This document shows, piece after piece, positions 1 to 11,673 of a DNA stretch of 56,759 nucleotides. Source of the stretch: an uncultured Gammaproteobacteria bacterium (GTDB lineage: Bacteria > Pseudomonadota > Gammaproteobacteria > Chromatiales > Chromatiaceae); NCBI GenBank assembly GCA_964497145.1, contig CAZCDY010000006.1, forward strand, positions 1,667 to 58,425, given 5' to 3'. A model generated the notes under the pieces. It was not told where the DNA came from. It saw only the letters and a list, made by a program, of their open reading frames with translations, and did not search any database. The translations under genes and the position numbers were made by a program. Numbering within the stretch: the first letter of the stretch is position 1; every line of letters starts with the position of its first letter.

Positions 1-1
1 C

Positions 2-90
2 CAGGAGGGTTTTGGCCTGGGGTTCGAGGTCCCCGGGACCACGAGCCCTGCCTACGACGAGTACGTCCACGACCCGGCGCACCCGGTGCC
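2..90 (+). other. Short in-frame segment resembling a CocE/NonD-family hydrolase fragment, fused to thrC
   Basis: The frame from nt 2 reads QEGFGLGFEVPGTTSPAYDEYVHDPAHPVP. This resembles the recalled 'GLxFExP...YDEYVSDPAKPVP' segment of CocE/NonD hydrolases rather than the ThrC N-terminal region. Confidence 0.45.
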
Positions 91-1285
91 TGTGGTACGG
101 GTGCGCGACGACCTGTTCGTCGCCGAGCTTTACCACGGGCCCACGCGGGCATTCAAGGACATGGCCCTGCAGCCCTTCGGCGTGGTTCTGTCCAGCCTCG
201 CCCAGGCCCGAGACGAGCATTACCTGATTCTCGCGGCGACCAGCGGAGACACCGGGCCGGCAACCCTGGAGACATTCAAGGACCGCGCCAATGTGAAGGT
301 GGCCTGTCTGTACCCCGATGGCGGGACGTCAGACGTGCAGCGCTTGCAGATGGTGACCGAGGATGCAGCCAACCTGAAGGTAATCGGCATCCATGGCGAT
401 TTCGACGACGCGCAGTCCGCGCTCAAGACGCTGTTGTCTTCCGATTCCTTTCAGGCCAGGCTGCGCGAGCGTCACACCCGCCTGTCCGCCGCCAATTCGG
501 TCAATTTTGGCCGCATCATCTTTCAGCAGATCTACCACATCCACAGCTACCTGGAACTTGTACGCCAAGGCGCGATTGCGATCGGCGACAAGGTGTACCT
601 GAACGTGCCCAGCGGCAACTTCGGCAATGCGCTTGGCGGTTACTACGCCATGAAGATGGGATTGCCGGTGGAGAAGATCCTGATCTCCTCGAACAGCAAC
701 AATGTGCTGACGGAGCTGATCCGCACCGGGAGCTACGATCTGCGCGACCGCAAGGTGATCGCGACCAGTTCGCCGGCCATGGACATTCTCAAGTCGTCGA
801 ATGTCGAACGCGTGCTCCACGATCTTTTCGGTGCGCAACGAACGCGCGAGCTGATGGCCGAGCTGGACGAGAAGCGGGTCTACCGTTTGACCGGCGAGGA
901 GCTGGCCTCGCTACAGTGCGTGTTCGCCGCCGACTATGCCGACGATGCAGAGGTCGACGCCTACATCGGCGCGACTTTCCGCGACGGCGGCTACCTGATG
1001 GACCCGCACACGGCCACGTGTTTCAAGGCCCACGCCAGCTGCCGCGACAAACCGCTGCCGGGCATCGTTTATTCCACTGCGGAATGGACCAAGTTCTCGC
1101 CGACCATTGCGCATGCCCTGACCGGCGAGGACGACAGCCACGATATCGATGCCCTGAAATCGATATCCGCTACTGCGAATATGCCCATCCCGCCCATGAT
1201 CGAGGCCCTGTTTGACAGGCCAGTGGTGCAGGATAGCGTGATCGACAAGCAGGATATCGAGCAGCAAGTGCTCGCGTTCATATGA
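71..1285 (+). CDS. thrC: Threonine synthase (5'-truncated)
   Basis: ELYHGPTRAFKD PLP-lysine motif, ATSGDTG, SAANSVNFGRI, VPSGNFGN, SPAMDI, DPHTA. The true N-terminus is absent. Confidence 0.93.
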   Translation, partial: DPAHPVPVVRVRDDLFVAELYHGPTRAFKDMALQPFGVVLSSLAQARDEHYLILAATSGDTGPATLETFKDRANVKVACLYPDGGTSDVQRLQMVTEDAANLKVIGIHGDFDDAQSALKTLLSSDSFQARLRERHTRLSAANSVNFGRIIFQQIYHIHSYLELVRQGAIAIGDKVYLNVPSGNFGNALGGYYAMKMGLPVEKILISSNSNNVLTELIRTGSYDLRDRKVIATSSPAMDILKSSNVERVLHDLFGAQRTRELMAELDEKRVYRLTGEELASLQCVFAADYADDAEVDAYIGATFRDGGYLMDPHTATCFKAHASCRDKPLPGIVYSTAEWTKFSPTIAHALTGEDDSHDIDALKSISATANMPIPPMIEALFDRPVVQDSVIDKQDIEQQVLAFI

Positions 1286-1370
1286 GGAAGCCTGCTTAAT
1301 AACGGGGTGGGGTAACTGGCGCCGCCGGCCGTGGCCTTTCTGGGCAGCGCGGCCTGACGACTTGGCCTGA

Positions 1371-2378
1371 TCAGACCTTGTAGTAGTCGCGATACCAGTC
1401 CACGAAGTTCGCCACACCCTGTGTGACGGAGGTGGCCGGCTTGTATGCGAAATCGGCAACCAGGTCCTCGACATTGGCGTAGGTGTCAGGCACATCGCCA
1501 GGCTGCAGTGGCAACAGCTCCATATCGGCCTTCAGCCCGAGACAGCTTTCCAGGGTCTCGATGTAATGCATCAGCTCGACCGGATCATTGTTGCCTATGT
1601 TGTACAGGCGGTAGGGTGCACGGCTGGTTGCCGAATCGGGGGTGTCACCGTTCCATTCGGGATTGGGCATGGCAGGCTGATCCAGCACACGGATCACGCC
1701 CTCGACGATATCGTCGATATAGGTGAAATCCCGGCGGTGCTTGCCATAGTTGAATACCGGGATGGGCTCGCCGGCAAGGATGGCCTTGGTGAACTTGAAC
1801 AGCGCCATGTCCGGCCGGCCCCAGGGCCCGTAGACGGTAAAAAAGCGCAATCCCGTGGTAGGTATGTCGTACAGGTGACTGTAGGTGTGCGCCATCAGCT
1901 CGTTCGCCTTCTTGGTGGCGGCGTACAGGCTGACCGGGTGGTCTACGTTGTCATGCACGGAGAACGGCATGTTGGTGTTCGAGCCATACACCGAACTGGA
2001 TGAGGCATACACCAGGTGCTCGATGCCGTGGTTGCGGCAGCCCTGGAGTATATTGGCGAATCCGACCAGGTTGCTGTCGACGTAGGCATCCGGATTTTCG
2101 ATCGAGTAGCGGACCCCGGCCTGTGCAGCCAGGTTGATTACCCGTTGCGGCCGGTATCTGGCGAACGCCTCTGCCATCGCCTCACGATCCTCGATGCGCG
2201 CCCGTACCTCGGTGTAGCCCTCATACGCCAGGGTGCGTGCGAGCCGAGCCTGCTTCAACGAGACGTCGTAGTAGGGATCGAGACAATCCACCCCTATGAC
2301 CTCGTCGCCGCGCTCAAGCAGGCGCAGCGAGAGTCCGGAACCGATAAAGCCGGCACTGCCGGTGATCAATACACGCAT
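1371..2378 (-). CDS. NAD-dependent epimerase, UDP-glucuronate 4-epimerase family
   Basis: TGSAGFIG Rossmann motif, [40 protein letters not shown]; 335 aa. Confidence 0.93.
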   Translation of the reverse strand: MRVLITGSAGFIGSGLSLRLLERGDEVIGVDCLDPYYDVSLKQARLARTLAYEGYTEVRARIEDREAMAEAFARYRPQRVINLAAQAGVRYSIENPDAYVDSNLVGFANILQGCRNHGIEHLVYASSSSVYGSNTNMPFSVHDNVDHPVSLYAATKKANELMAHTYSHLYDIPTTGLRFFTVYGPWGRPDMALFKFTKAILAGEPIPVFNYGKHRRDFTYIDDIVEGVIRVLDQPAMPNPEWNGDTPDSATSRAPYRLYNIGNNDPVELMHYIETLESCLGLKADMELLPLQPGDVPDTYANVEDLVADFAYKPATSVTQGVANFVDWYRDYYKV

Positions 2379-2400
2379 GATGGATTCCAGGTATCCGGTT

Positions 2401-3672
2401 TTACAGGCGACCGTCCGTTGCGGATGTCGGGAACAGATATTTCACGTCGTAGAGCACCGCATCTGGGGCACCGAGCTGGCGGATCTTATCGACACCGAGT
2501 TCGGCGAACTGTCTGTGTGACACCGCCAGTACCATCGCGTCGTAGGTCCCCGCTTGCGGCTCGGATATCGGGGTTATGCCGTATTCGTGCTCGGCCTCGG
2601 CCACGTTGACCCAGGGGTCCCAGACGTCGACCTGCATCCCGAAGCTTTTGAGCTCGTCGATGATGTCGGTCACACGGGTGTTGCGCAGGTCCGGGCAGTT
2701 TTCCTTGAAGGTGAGGCCCATGATCAGGGCGCGGCCGCCTTTGACCTTGAGGCCGCGCTGTAACATCAGTTTGACCACGCTGCCTGCCACGTGGGAGCCC
2801 ATGCCGTCATTGATCCGACGCCCGGCGAGAATCATGGCGGGGTGATAACCGATCGCCTGTGCCTTGTGGGTGAGGTAGTAGGGGTCGACGCCAATACAAT
2901 GTCCGCCGACGAGCCCGGGGCGGAAAGGGAGGAAGTTCCACTTGGTGCCGGCCGCCTTGAGCACCTCTTCGGTATCGATGCCCAGTCTGCTGAAGATCAA
3001 CGAGAGCTCGTTGATCAGGGCGATATTGACGTCGCGCTGGGTGTTTTCGATGACCTTTGCGGCCTCGGCCACCTTGATGCTGCTGGCCTTGTGTGTGCCT
3101 GCGACAATGATGCTGGCGTAAAGTGCATCGACATAATCGGCGATCTCGGGGGTCGAGCCCGAAGTCACCTTCTTGATGGTCGTCACCCGGTGTTCCTTGT
3201 CACCCGGGTTGATCCGTTCCGGACTATAGCCGGCATAGAAATCCCGATTGAACTTGAGCCCCGATACCTCTTCGATGACCGGGATGCAGTCTTCCTCGGT
3301 CGCACCGGGATACACGGTCGATTCGTATATCACGACGTCGCCCGCCGCGATCACCTGCCCAACGACCCGGCTGGCGGAGATCAGCGGGCTCAGGTCCGGG
3401 GTTTTGTACTCGTCGATCGGGGTGGGGACTGTGACGATGTAGGCGTTGCAGTCGCGTATGTCGTCGAGTTGGTCGGTGTAGGCCATCGATACGCTGGCAA
3501 GTTCGGCCGGCTCGACTTCTAAAGAACTGTCCCTTCCCTGCCGCAATTCATTAATACGCGGGACACTGATATCGTAACCGGTGACGGGGAATTTCTTGGC
3601 AAACTCCACGGCCAGAGGCAGGCCAACGTAGCCGAGGCCGATAACGGCGATCTTTGCGTTTCTGATATCCAT
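2401..3672 (-). CDS. tviB: UDP-N-acetylhexosamine C-6 dehydrogenase (TviB/WbpO family)
   Basis: [38 protein letters not shown]. Start moved to ATG 3672, preceded by an AGGAAGG SD. Confidence 0.9.
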   Translation of the reverse strand: MDIRNAKIAVIGLGYVGLPLAVEFAKKFPVTGYDISVPRINELRQGRDSSLEVEPAELASVSMAYTDQLDDIRDCNAYIVTVPTPIDEYKTPDLSPLISASRVVGQVIAAGDVVIYESTVYPGATEEDCIPVIEEVSGLKFNRDFYAGYSPERINPGDKEHRVTTIKKVTSGSTPEIADYVDALYASIIVAGTHKASSIKVAEAAKVIENTQRDVNIALINELSLIFSRLGIDTEEVLKAAGTKWNFLPFRPGLVGGHCIGVDPYYLTHKAQAIGYHPAMILAGRRINDGMGSHVAGSVVKLMLQRGLKVKGGRALIMGLTFKENCPDLRNTRVTDIIDELKSFGMQVDVWDPWVNVAEAEHEYGITPISEPQAGTYDAMVLAVSHRQFAELGVDKIRQLGAPDAVLYDVKYLFPTSATDGRL

Positions 3673-3875
3673 GGGGAGAACAACCTTCCTAATCATAATA
3701 TTCGGGCCGTGCTGCCCGTGGCGCGAGGATGATAACCCGGCTTGCTGGCGGAGGCGAGGTGGGTTCCGCTGCAGAAAGGTGACGTTGGTATGAAGTTTTC
3801 GATGAACAGGTTGATTAAGCCGTTGCGGTTTGTCAGGCTCGGCGCGCCCGTCAGTTATCAGGGTTTCCTGCGCTT

Positions 3876-5267
3876 ATGATGATCCGGCTGTTTGGCCACT
3901 ATGTTTCCAAGCTCTACCTGCTGCTGGGCATGGTGGAGTTTCTGGTCATGTTCTACTCGCTGCTCGCGGGCTTCTACATGCGCTTCGCCATGGGCGACCT
4001 GAACCTCGTGGATACCCCCGAGACCCTGTCTTATACGGCGGTGGCCTATGCCACCGCCATGACCATCTCCATGATTTCGGTGGGCCTTTATCAACGCGGG
4101 CTGCCGTTCAGCGCGGGCCTGCTCGCCCGGATCGGGCTGAGCTTTCTGATCGCCAGTGTGGCGATGAGTGTCGTGTTCTACACCTTCCCCGATCTGGTGG
4201 TCGGGCGTGGCGTCATGGCATTCGCGATGCTATTCACCTTTGTCGGGGTGCTTGGTCTGCGCAGCCTGTTTTTCCGGCTCACACACAGCGAGACCCAATC
4301 GACCAATGTACTTGTGCTGGGCACCGGGCGTCAGGCCCGGATGATTGCGGACCTGGAACCGCGCCAGCCGGGTTTTCGCGTGGTCGGTTATGTGCCGGTC
4401 AATGATCAGGAAACCAGTATTCCGGCTGAACGCCGGCTGGCGCATGATCGCAGCCTGATGGATATGGTGCTGTCGTACCAGGTCGACGAGATCGTGGTGG
4501 CGCTGGACGACCGCCGCCTGCGCCTCCCGGTGGATGAGATCCTCGACTGCAAGATGTCGGGGACCATGGTCCTGGATCTGCTCAGTTTTTTCGAGAAAGA
4601 GACCTCCAGAATCAAGCTCGATATATTGCAGCCCAGCTGGATTTTCTTTTCCGATGGCTTTCGGCTCAGCGGCGTGGCGCAGTCTTCCAAGCGCGTGCTC
4701 GATCTGTCCGCCGGATTGATGATCTTTCTCTTGGGGTGGCCGCTGATGCTGCTGGTGGCACTGGCGATCCGCTTGGAGAGCGGCAGCGGGGCGCCGATCC
4801 TGTTTCATCAGGTGCGCGTGGGGCTGAATGGCAAAACTTTCCGAGTGCACAAGTTTCGCAGCATGCGCACCGATGCCGAGGCTGACGGGGTAGCGCGCTG
4901 GGCGAGCAAGGACGACAGTCGCATCACCCGGGTCGGTAATTTTATCCGCAAGACGAGACTGGATGAATTGCCGCAGGTGTTCAACGTGCTGCTTGGCGAG
5001 ATGAGTCTGGTCGGGCCACGGCCCGAGCGCCCCGAGTTCGTCGAGCAATTGGAGCACGAACTCCCCTTTTATGCGGAACGGCACCGCGTCAAACCCGGGC
5101 TCACCGGCTGGGCCCAGTTGTCCTATCCTTACGGCGCTACGATCGAGGATGCACGTAACAAACTTGAGTTCGATCTCTACTACGTCAAGAATGCCAGCGC
5201 CTTTCTTGACCTCATTATTCTGCTCGAAACTGTCGAGGTGGTACTGTGGGGTAAGGGTGCGCACTAG
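3876..5267 (+). CDS. PEP-CTERM/XrtA-system polyprenyl-phosphate sugar transferase (TIGR03013-like)
   Basis: N-terminal TM helices; C-terminal bacterial sugar transferase motifs KFRSM, DSRITRVG, RLDELPQ, GEMSLVGPRPE, KPGLTGWAQ; lies directly upstream of prsK. Confidence 0.88.
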   Translation: MMIRLFGHYVSKLYLLLGMVEFLVMFYSLLAGFYMRFAMGDLNLVDTPETLSYTAVAYATAMTISMISVGLYQRGLPFSAGLLARIGLSFLIASVAMSVVFYTFPDLVVGRGVMAFAMLFTFVGVLGLRSLFFRLTHSETQSTNVLVLGTGRQARMIADLEPRQPGFRVVGYVPVNDQETSIPAERRLAHDRSLMDMVLSYQVDEIVVALDDRRLRLPVDEILDCKMSGTMVLDLLSFFEKETSRIKLDILQPSWIFFSDGFRLSGVAQSSKRVLDLSAGLMIFLLGWPLMLLVALAIRLESGSGAPILFHQVRVGLNGKTFRVHKFRSMRTDAEADGVARWASKDDSRITRVGNFIRKTRLDELPQVFNVLLGEMSLVGPRPERPEFVEQLEHELPFYAERHRVKPGLTGWAQLSYPYGATIEDARNKLEFDLYYVKNASAFLDLIILLETVEVVLWGKGAH

Positions 5268-5321
5268 GGTGCGTGCGGGTATCGCCATTTCGAAGGGATT
5301 CAAGGCAATGGACGCGATTGT

Positions 5322-7403
5322 ATGGTGAACCAGCTCGCCCTTTATGGCTACGGCGTCGCCGGTGTTGCCTTTTTCATTCTTTTCCTGATTCTGGTGACAG
5401 GGTGGCGCGCCCGTTTTCAGGGTTCGCAGCTGATGCTCGCGGTTGCGGGTTCGGCCGTGTGGAGCTTCGCGGCGGCCGCCCAGGCCGGCTATGGTGTACC
5501 TGGTCTTAGGGTGGTGTGGGCGACGGAGGTGATCCGTAATCTGCTCTGGATATTCCTCCTTATCCGGCTGTTACGACCTTTTGCCCAGGGCAGCCTGCTG
5601 TACACGCGGTTGCTCGGCTATGTACGTCTGGGCTGCCTGGTCCTCGGTTTCCTGATGTTGATCATGCTGGTGGATATTCCGCAGCTCGCTGACCACCTGA
5701 GGTCCGGCGTGCTGCAGCGTGAGTTTTCCCTGATCGGCCAGCTCTTGTACGCGGTGCTGGGCATGGCGCTGGTCGAGCAGTTGTTCCGCAATACGCCGAT
5801 CGAGCAGCGCTGGGGGATCAAGTTCCTGTGTTTCGCCATCGGGGCGCAGTTTGCGTTTGATTTCTATCTGTACACGGATGCGCTGCTTTTTCATCGCCTG
5901 GACGGGTCCATCTGGTCCGCACGTGGATTCGTCAACGTCATGGTGATACCGCTGATCGGTATCACGGCGGCGCGCAATCCTGACTGGAGCCTGCCGGTCT
6001 TTATGTCGCGCCGCATGGTGCTGCACTCGACGACCCTGTTCAGTGCCGGGCTGTATATGCTGCTGATGGCGCTGGCGGGCTACTACATAAAGATATATGG
6101 CGGAGAGTGGGGCGGTGTCCTGCAGATCGCGTTCCTGTTTGGTGCCGTTTTTGTCCTCGTCGCCCTGCTTTTCTCCGGGCAGTTTCGAGCCCGTACCAAA
6201 GTCTTTTTCAACAAGCATTTTTTCAGCTACCGCTACGATTATCGTGAGGAATGGCTACGGGTGATCGGGTTGCTGGCCGGCAAGGGTGTGCAGATGCCGC
6301 TGAATGAGCGCCTGATCTGGGCGCTTGCCGAGATCGTCGACAGCCCGGGGGGGCTGCTCTGGGTTCGCTCGGAGAAGGGTGATTTTCGCTGCCGGGCCCG
6401 TTTCAATTCTCAGCACGAGGTTGAATCTCTTATCGATGGCAAGGAGCCGTTGGCCCCGTTCATGGAGACCCAGCGCTGGGTGATCAATATGGACGAATTC
6501 CGCACCGCGCCCGACGTCTATGGTGATCTGGTTCTGCCCGATTGGATTCTGGACAATCCCGACGCCTGGCTGATCGTGCCCCTGATTCACGACGAGCGCC
6601 TGCTTGGATTCATCATGCTCTTGCAGCCGCGTGCGCCGCAATCGCTGAACTGGGAAAATCTCGACCTGCTCAAGACCGTGGGGATGCAGGCAGCGGGCTA
6701 CCTCGCCCTGAACCAGGCAGCCGAGGCCCTGGCTGAAGCGCGACAGTTCGAGGGCTTCAACCGTCTGTCTGCGTTTGTCATTCATGACCTGAAAAACCTG
6801 ATTGCCCAGCTGTCTCTGGTGGCAAAGAACGCTGCGCGGCATAAACACAACCCGGAGTTTATCGACGACGCCGTCGGCACTATCGAAAACGCTGTACAGA
6901 AAATGAACCGTCTGATGGCGCAGCTGAAGAGCGCCGAGATTATCGGCGACAATAGACGCGTCGACCTGGTTGAAGAGTTACGCGACGTCGTCGCCGCCAA
7001 ATCCAACGGCCGGCCGGCCCCGACTCTGCAGACCGATGTCGAGGACGTGCATGTGATGGCTGAGCCTGATCGCCTGTCGTCGGTGCTGGGGCATGTCGTA
7101 CAAAACGCACAGGACGCAACGCCGCCGGATGGCAAGATCGAACTGCTGCTGCGCGTGTCCGGTGACCAAGCTATAGTGGAAGTCCGCGATTCGGGCAGTG
7201 GGATGGACGCGGAATTCATCAGGACACGCCTGTTCCGGCCGTTTGATTCAACCAAGGGTTTGACCGGCATGGGGATCGGTGCCTATGAGTGCCGTGAGGT
7301 GATTGCTGCCCTGGGTGGACAGGTTATGGTTGAAAGTAAGCCGGGGCACGGCACCGTGTTTCGCATCATGCTGCCGCTGGTGGCGAATCTGCCGTCGGTT
7401 TGA
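5322..7403 (+). CDS. prsK: PEP-CTERM system sensor histidine kinase PrsK
   Basis: Multi-TM N-terminus, FNKHFFSYRYDYREEW signature, GAF-like region, H-box FVIHDLKN, DSGSGM and GMGIG ATPase boxes; 693 aa. Confidence 0.9.
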   Translation: MVNQLALYGYGVAGVAFFILFLILVTGWRARFQGSQLMLAVAGSAVWSFAAAAQAGYGVPGLRVVWATEVIRNLLWIFLLIRLLRPFAQGSLLYTRLLGYVRLGCLVLGFLMLIMLVDIPQLADHLRSGVLQREFSLIGQLLYAVLGMALVEQLFRNTPIEQRWGIKFLCFAIGAQFAFDFYLYTDALLFHRLDGSIWSARGFVNVMVIPLIGITAARNPDWSLPVFMSRRMVLHSTTLFSAGLYMLLMALAGYYIKIYGGEWGGVLQIAFLFGAVFVLVALLFSGQFRARTKVFFNKHFFSYRYDYREEWLRVIGLLAGKGVQMPLNERLIWALAEIVDSPGGLLWVRSEKGDFRCRARFNSQHEVESLIDGKEPLAPFMETQRWVINMDEFRTAPDVYGDLVLPDWILDNPDAWLIVPLIHDERLLGFIMLLQPRAPQSLNWENLDLLKTVGMQAAGYLALNQAAEALAEARQFEGFNRLSAFVIHDLKNLIAQLSLVAKNAARHKHNPEFIDDAVGTIENAVQKMNRLMAQLKSAEIIGDNRRVDLVEELRDVVAAKSNGRPAPTLQTDVEDVHVMAEPDRLSSVLGHVVQNAQDATPPDGKIELLLRVSGDQAIVEVRDSGSGMDAEFIRTRLFRPFDSTKGLTGMGIGAYECREVIAALGGQVMVESKPGHGTVFRIMLPLVANLPSV

Positions 7404-7439
7404 CGCGGCATCATTTTTGTTAGAAAGGGTCGATTAACG

Positions 7440-8745
<1,306 letters not shown>

Positions 8746-8860
8746 TCAGGTGTTGGTGAGCGCGTGATCCGGCTGCAACAGTCGGCCTTTTTCACGGACG
8801 AGTCGTCGGCCGCAACGGGCTGAGACGCACTGTATAAATCTAACAGGAGGATGCCGGACA

Positions 8861-11650
8861 ATGGCTGGATCCCAGGTTCGTTCTATTGCCGGCGCTGTCG
8901 CAGCGCTGTTTTTCGTTTTTGGGCTTCAGGGGGCGCTGGCCTCATCGGCAGATGAATATGTCCTGGAAGCAGACCAATTCTTAGCCAGTGGCGAAGTCAA
9001 GTCGGCGATAATTCAGCTCAAGAATGCCTTGCAGACCGATCCCTCCCACGTCGAGGCCAGGGTGAAGCTGGGCGCGATCTATCTGCGTACCGGTGATGGT
9101 CCGGCCGCAGCCAAGGAATTCGGACGTGCCCGCGAACTGGGGGCGGCAAAGGATAAATGGTTGCCCGGCTATGCCCGCGCGCTGCTGCTCCAGGGTGAAT
9201 TCGATGCCATTCTGCGCGAGGTAGAGGTGGACGACAGTCTGCCGACGGCCCAGAGGGCCGAGCTGCTGGCCTTGCGTGGCAATGCCAATCTCGCAAAGCG
9301 CCAGATTGATGCCGCGATCAGCGATTATGATGCGGCCCTTGCGTTGGATACCGGCAGCGTGGTTGCCCGCCTGGGGAAGGCCCAGATACTGCTGACCAGG
9401 GGAGAAAGCGAGCAGGCCCTGAATGAACTCAACCAGGTTCTGCTGGACCATCCCGGGCATGTTGAGAGTCGCCTCGCGCGCGGCGATCTGCTGCGCCGCA
9501 TGCAGCGTCTGGGAGACGCCGAGACGGACTACGCCAGGGCCGCAAAGGAGGCGCCGCAAAATGCGCGTGCGCACATCGGACTCGCCATGGTTCACGTCGG
9601 CCAGCGCGATGTGTCTGCCGCCAAGCAAGATCTGGCGACGCTCAAGCAGCTGGCGCCAAATCTCCCTGCAGTCAATTATCTGCAGGCCCTGGTCTCTTTT
9701 CAGGATGGCGATTACGAACGTGCATCCGACGAACTTCAGACCCTGCTCAGGGTCGCCCCCGGCAATCTGCAGGCACAACTTCTGTACGGCATCGTAAGTT
9801 ATGCGCGTAAGGAATTTACCATCGCCGATGACTACCTGACACGGGTCCTGGCCAGTACGCCCGGCAACACAGAGGTGGTGAAACTGGTCGGTGCGGCGCG
9901 CCTGAAACTGCGGCAGCCGGATCGGGCGCTGGAGGTGTTGTCATCGGCGGTCGATGCTGACACCAAGGACGCTCAGCTGCTGGCCCTTCTAGGCACCGCC
10001 TACCTGCAAACCGGTAACAACACCAAGGGCTCGGAATATATCGAGCGTGCGGTCGAGCTCGATCCGGACCAGGCACTGCTGCGCACCCAGTTGGCCGTCG
10101 GCAGGATCGGCGCTGGCGATACCGCTTCCGCCATATCGCAACTCGAGTCGGCGGTGGCCCTTGGGCAGGATGTGGTTCAGGCCGACGTACTGTTGGTGCT
10201 CAGCTACCTGAACAAGAAGGAGTTTGACAAGGCGATCTCCGCGTCCGAGGCGCTTGAGCAGCGAATGGCAGACAGCCCGATCCCGTACAACCTGACAGGT
10301 CTTGCCTTTCTTGCCCAGCGCAAGTTTGAGGCCGCCGACGCGCGCTTTCGCCTGGCCCTGGAGAAAGACCCGAAATTCGTGGTTGCACAGATGAATCTGG
10401 CGCGTCTCGCCCTGGTGCAGCAGAAACTCGATCTGGCCGCAAACGCCTATCAGGAGGTTCTGAAGATGGACTCGAAGCACGTCGGGGCCATGATGGGACT
10501 GGCTGCCCTGGCGCGTGCCAGAAACGAGCCGGACGAGGCGGAGAGCTGGCTATTGAAGGCCAATGAGGCCAATCCTCAGGCGCTTCAACCTACCCTGCTG
10601 CTGGCTGAAATGTATCTGCGGAATAATGAAGGTCTCAAGGCGAACAATATGCTGTCGGGCCTGACGCCAGCGCAGGCCGAGTTGCCCGCGGTGTTGCGTC
10701 TGAAAGGTATGGCGCAATTGCAGACAGGTGACTATGCCAGTGCGATGCATACGCTGAAGAAATTGACGGAACAGCACCCCTCGCTGATGGAGGGCTGGTT
10801 CCAGCTGGCGCGTGCGCAGGCAGCTGCTGGCGACAGCGGTGCCTCGCGGGCGAGTTTCGAGCGCGCGATCGCGCTGGACGTCGAGCACAAGGTTCCGGTG
10901 GTCTGGGTTGGCCTTGCGGAGCTGGATCTGCGCGAAGGCCGGTATGATGAGGCGTTGGAGATCGCTCAGCGGATGAAAGAGCATTTCCCGGACAGCGTTT
11001 ATGGCTACGACATCGAGGCCGCGGCCTATCGCGGCAAAGGTCAGACGGATCAGGCACTTGCTGCATCTGAGGCCGCTCTGCGCATGGACGGCAGTTCGCG
11101 ACGTGTGATTGCCTTTGCCCGTTCGCTGTCATCAGCAGGCAAATCGTCGCAGGCAATCGCCGAACTCCAGGCGTGGCTGGAGACAAACTCGACAGATGGT
11201 GCCGCCTGGGCAAGTCTGGGCATGGCGCGGCAACAGGCGGGCAAGGATGCCGAGGCGCTACAGGCCTACGAGAAATCAATCGAGTACATGGATGCGAATC
11301 CGGTGATACTGAACAACATGGCCTGGTTGTATCTCGACCGGGATGGGAAGCGAGCCGTCGATCTGGCCACCCAGGCCTACGAACTGGCGCCGTCGCGCGC
11401 GGAGATCGTGGATACCTATGGCTGGGTGTTGTTCAAACAGGGCCGCAAGAGTGACGGACTCGCAGCTTTGCAGCAGGCATTGATTATTGCCCCGCGCAAT
11501 GCGGAGATAGCCCTGCATGTCGCCGAGGCCCTGCACGTGCTGAACCGGGATAGCGAGGCACGACCAATACTCGAACGCATCGCGCGTGAAAATCCCAACT
11601 CCCGGTTCGAGAAATCAGCCAGGGAGCTTTTGGCTCGATTGAAGGCTTGA
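8861..11650 (+). CDS. prsT: PEP-CTERM system TPR-repeat protein PrsT
   Basis: Signal peptide, AIIQLKNALQ signature, many TPRs, C-terminal LNNMAW...DTYGW; 929 aa; follows prsK-prsR. Confidence 0.88.
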   Translation: MAGSQVRSIAGAVAALFFVFGLQGALASSADEYVLEADQFLASGEVKSAIIQLKNALQTDPSHVEARVKLGAIYLRTGDGPAAAKEFGRARELGAAKDKWLPGYARALLLQGEFDAILREVEVDDSLPTAQRAELLALRGNANLAKRQIDAAISDYDAALALDTGSVVARLGKAQILLTRGESEQALNELNQVLLDHPGHVESRLARGDLLRRMQRLGDAETDYARAAKEAPQNARAHIGLAMVHVGQRDVSAAKQDLATLKQLAPNLPAVNYLQALVSFQDGDYERASDELQTLLRVAPGNLQAQLLYGIVSYARKEFTIADDYLTRVLASTPGNTEVVKLVGAARLKLRQPDRALEVLSSAVDADTKDAQLLALLGTAYLQTGNNTKGSEYIERAVELDPDQALLRTQLAVGRIGAGDTASAISQLESAVALGQDVVQADVLLVLSYLNKKEFDKAISASEALEQRMADSPIPYNLTGLAFLAQRKFEAADARFRLALEKDPKFVVAQMNLARLALVQQKLDLAANAYQEVLKMDSKHVGAMMGLAALARARNEPDEAESWLLKANEANPQALQPTLLLAEMYLRNNEGLKANNMLSGLTPAQAELPAVLRLKGMAQLQTGDYASAMHTLKKLTEQHPSLMEGWFQLARAQAAAGDSGASRASFERAIALDVEHKVPVVWVGLAELDLREGRYDEALEIAQRMKEHFPDSVYGYDIEAAAYRGKGQTDQALAASEAALRMDGSSRRVIAFARSLSSAGKSSQAIAELQAWLETNSTDGAAWASLGMARQQAGKDAEALQAYEKSIEYMDANPVILNNMAWLYLDRDGKRAVDLATQAYELAPSRAEIVDTYGWVLFKQGRKSDGLAALQQALIIAPRNAEIALHVAEALHVLNRDSEARPILERIARENPNSRFEKSARELLARLKA

Positions 11651-11673
11651 TCGGGTTCGCCCGTTGCCGTCGC

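Noticed and set aside
3786-3800. Possible sigma54 promoter TGGTATGAAGTTTTC upstream of the sugar transferase
   Set aside because: The -24 GG is present but the conserved -12 GC is replaced by TC; support is insufficient.
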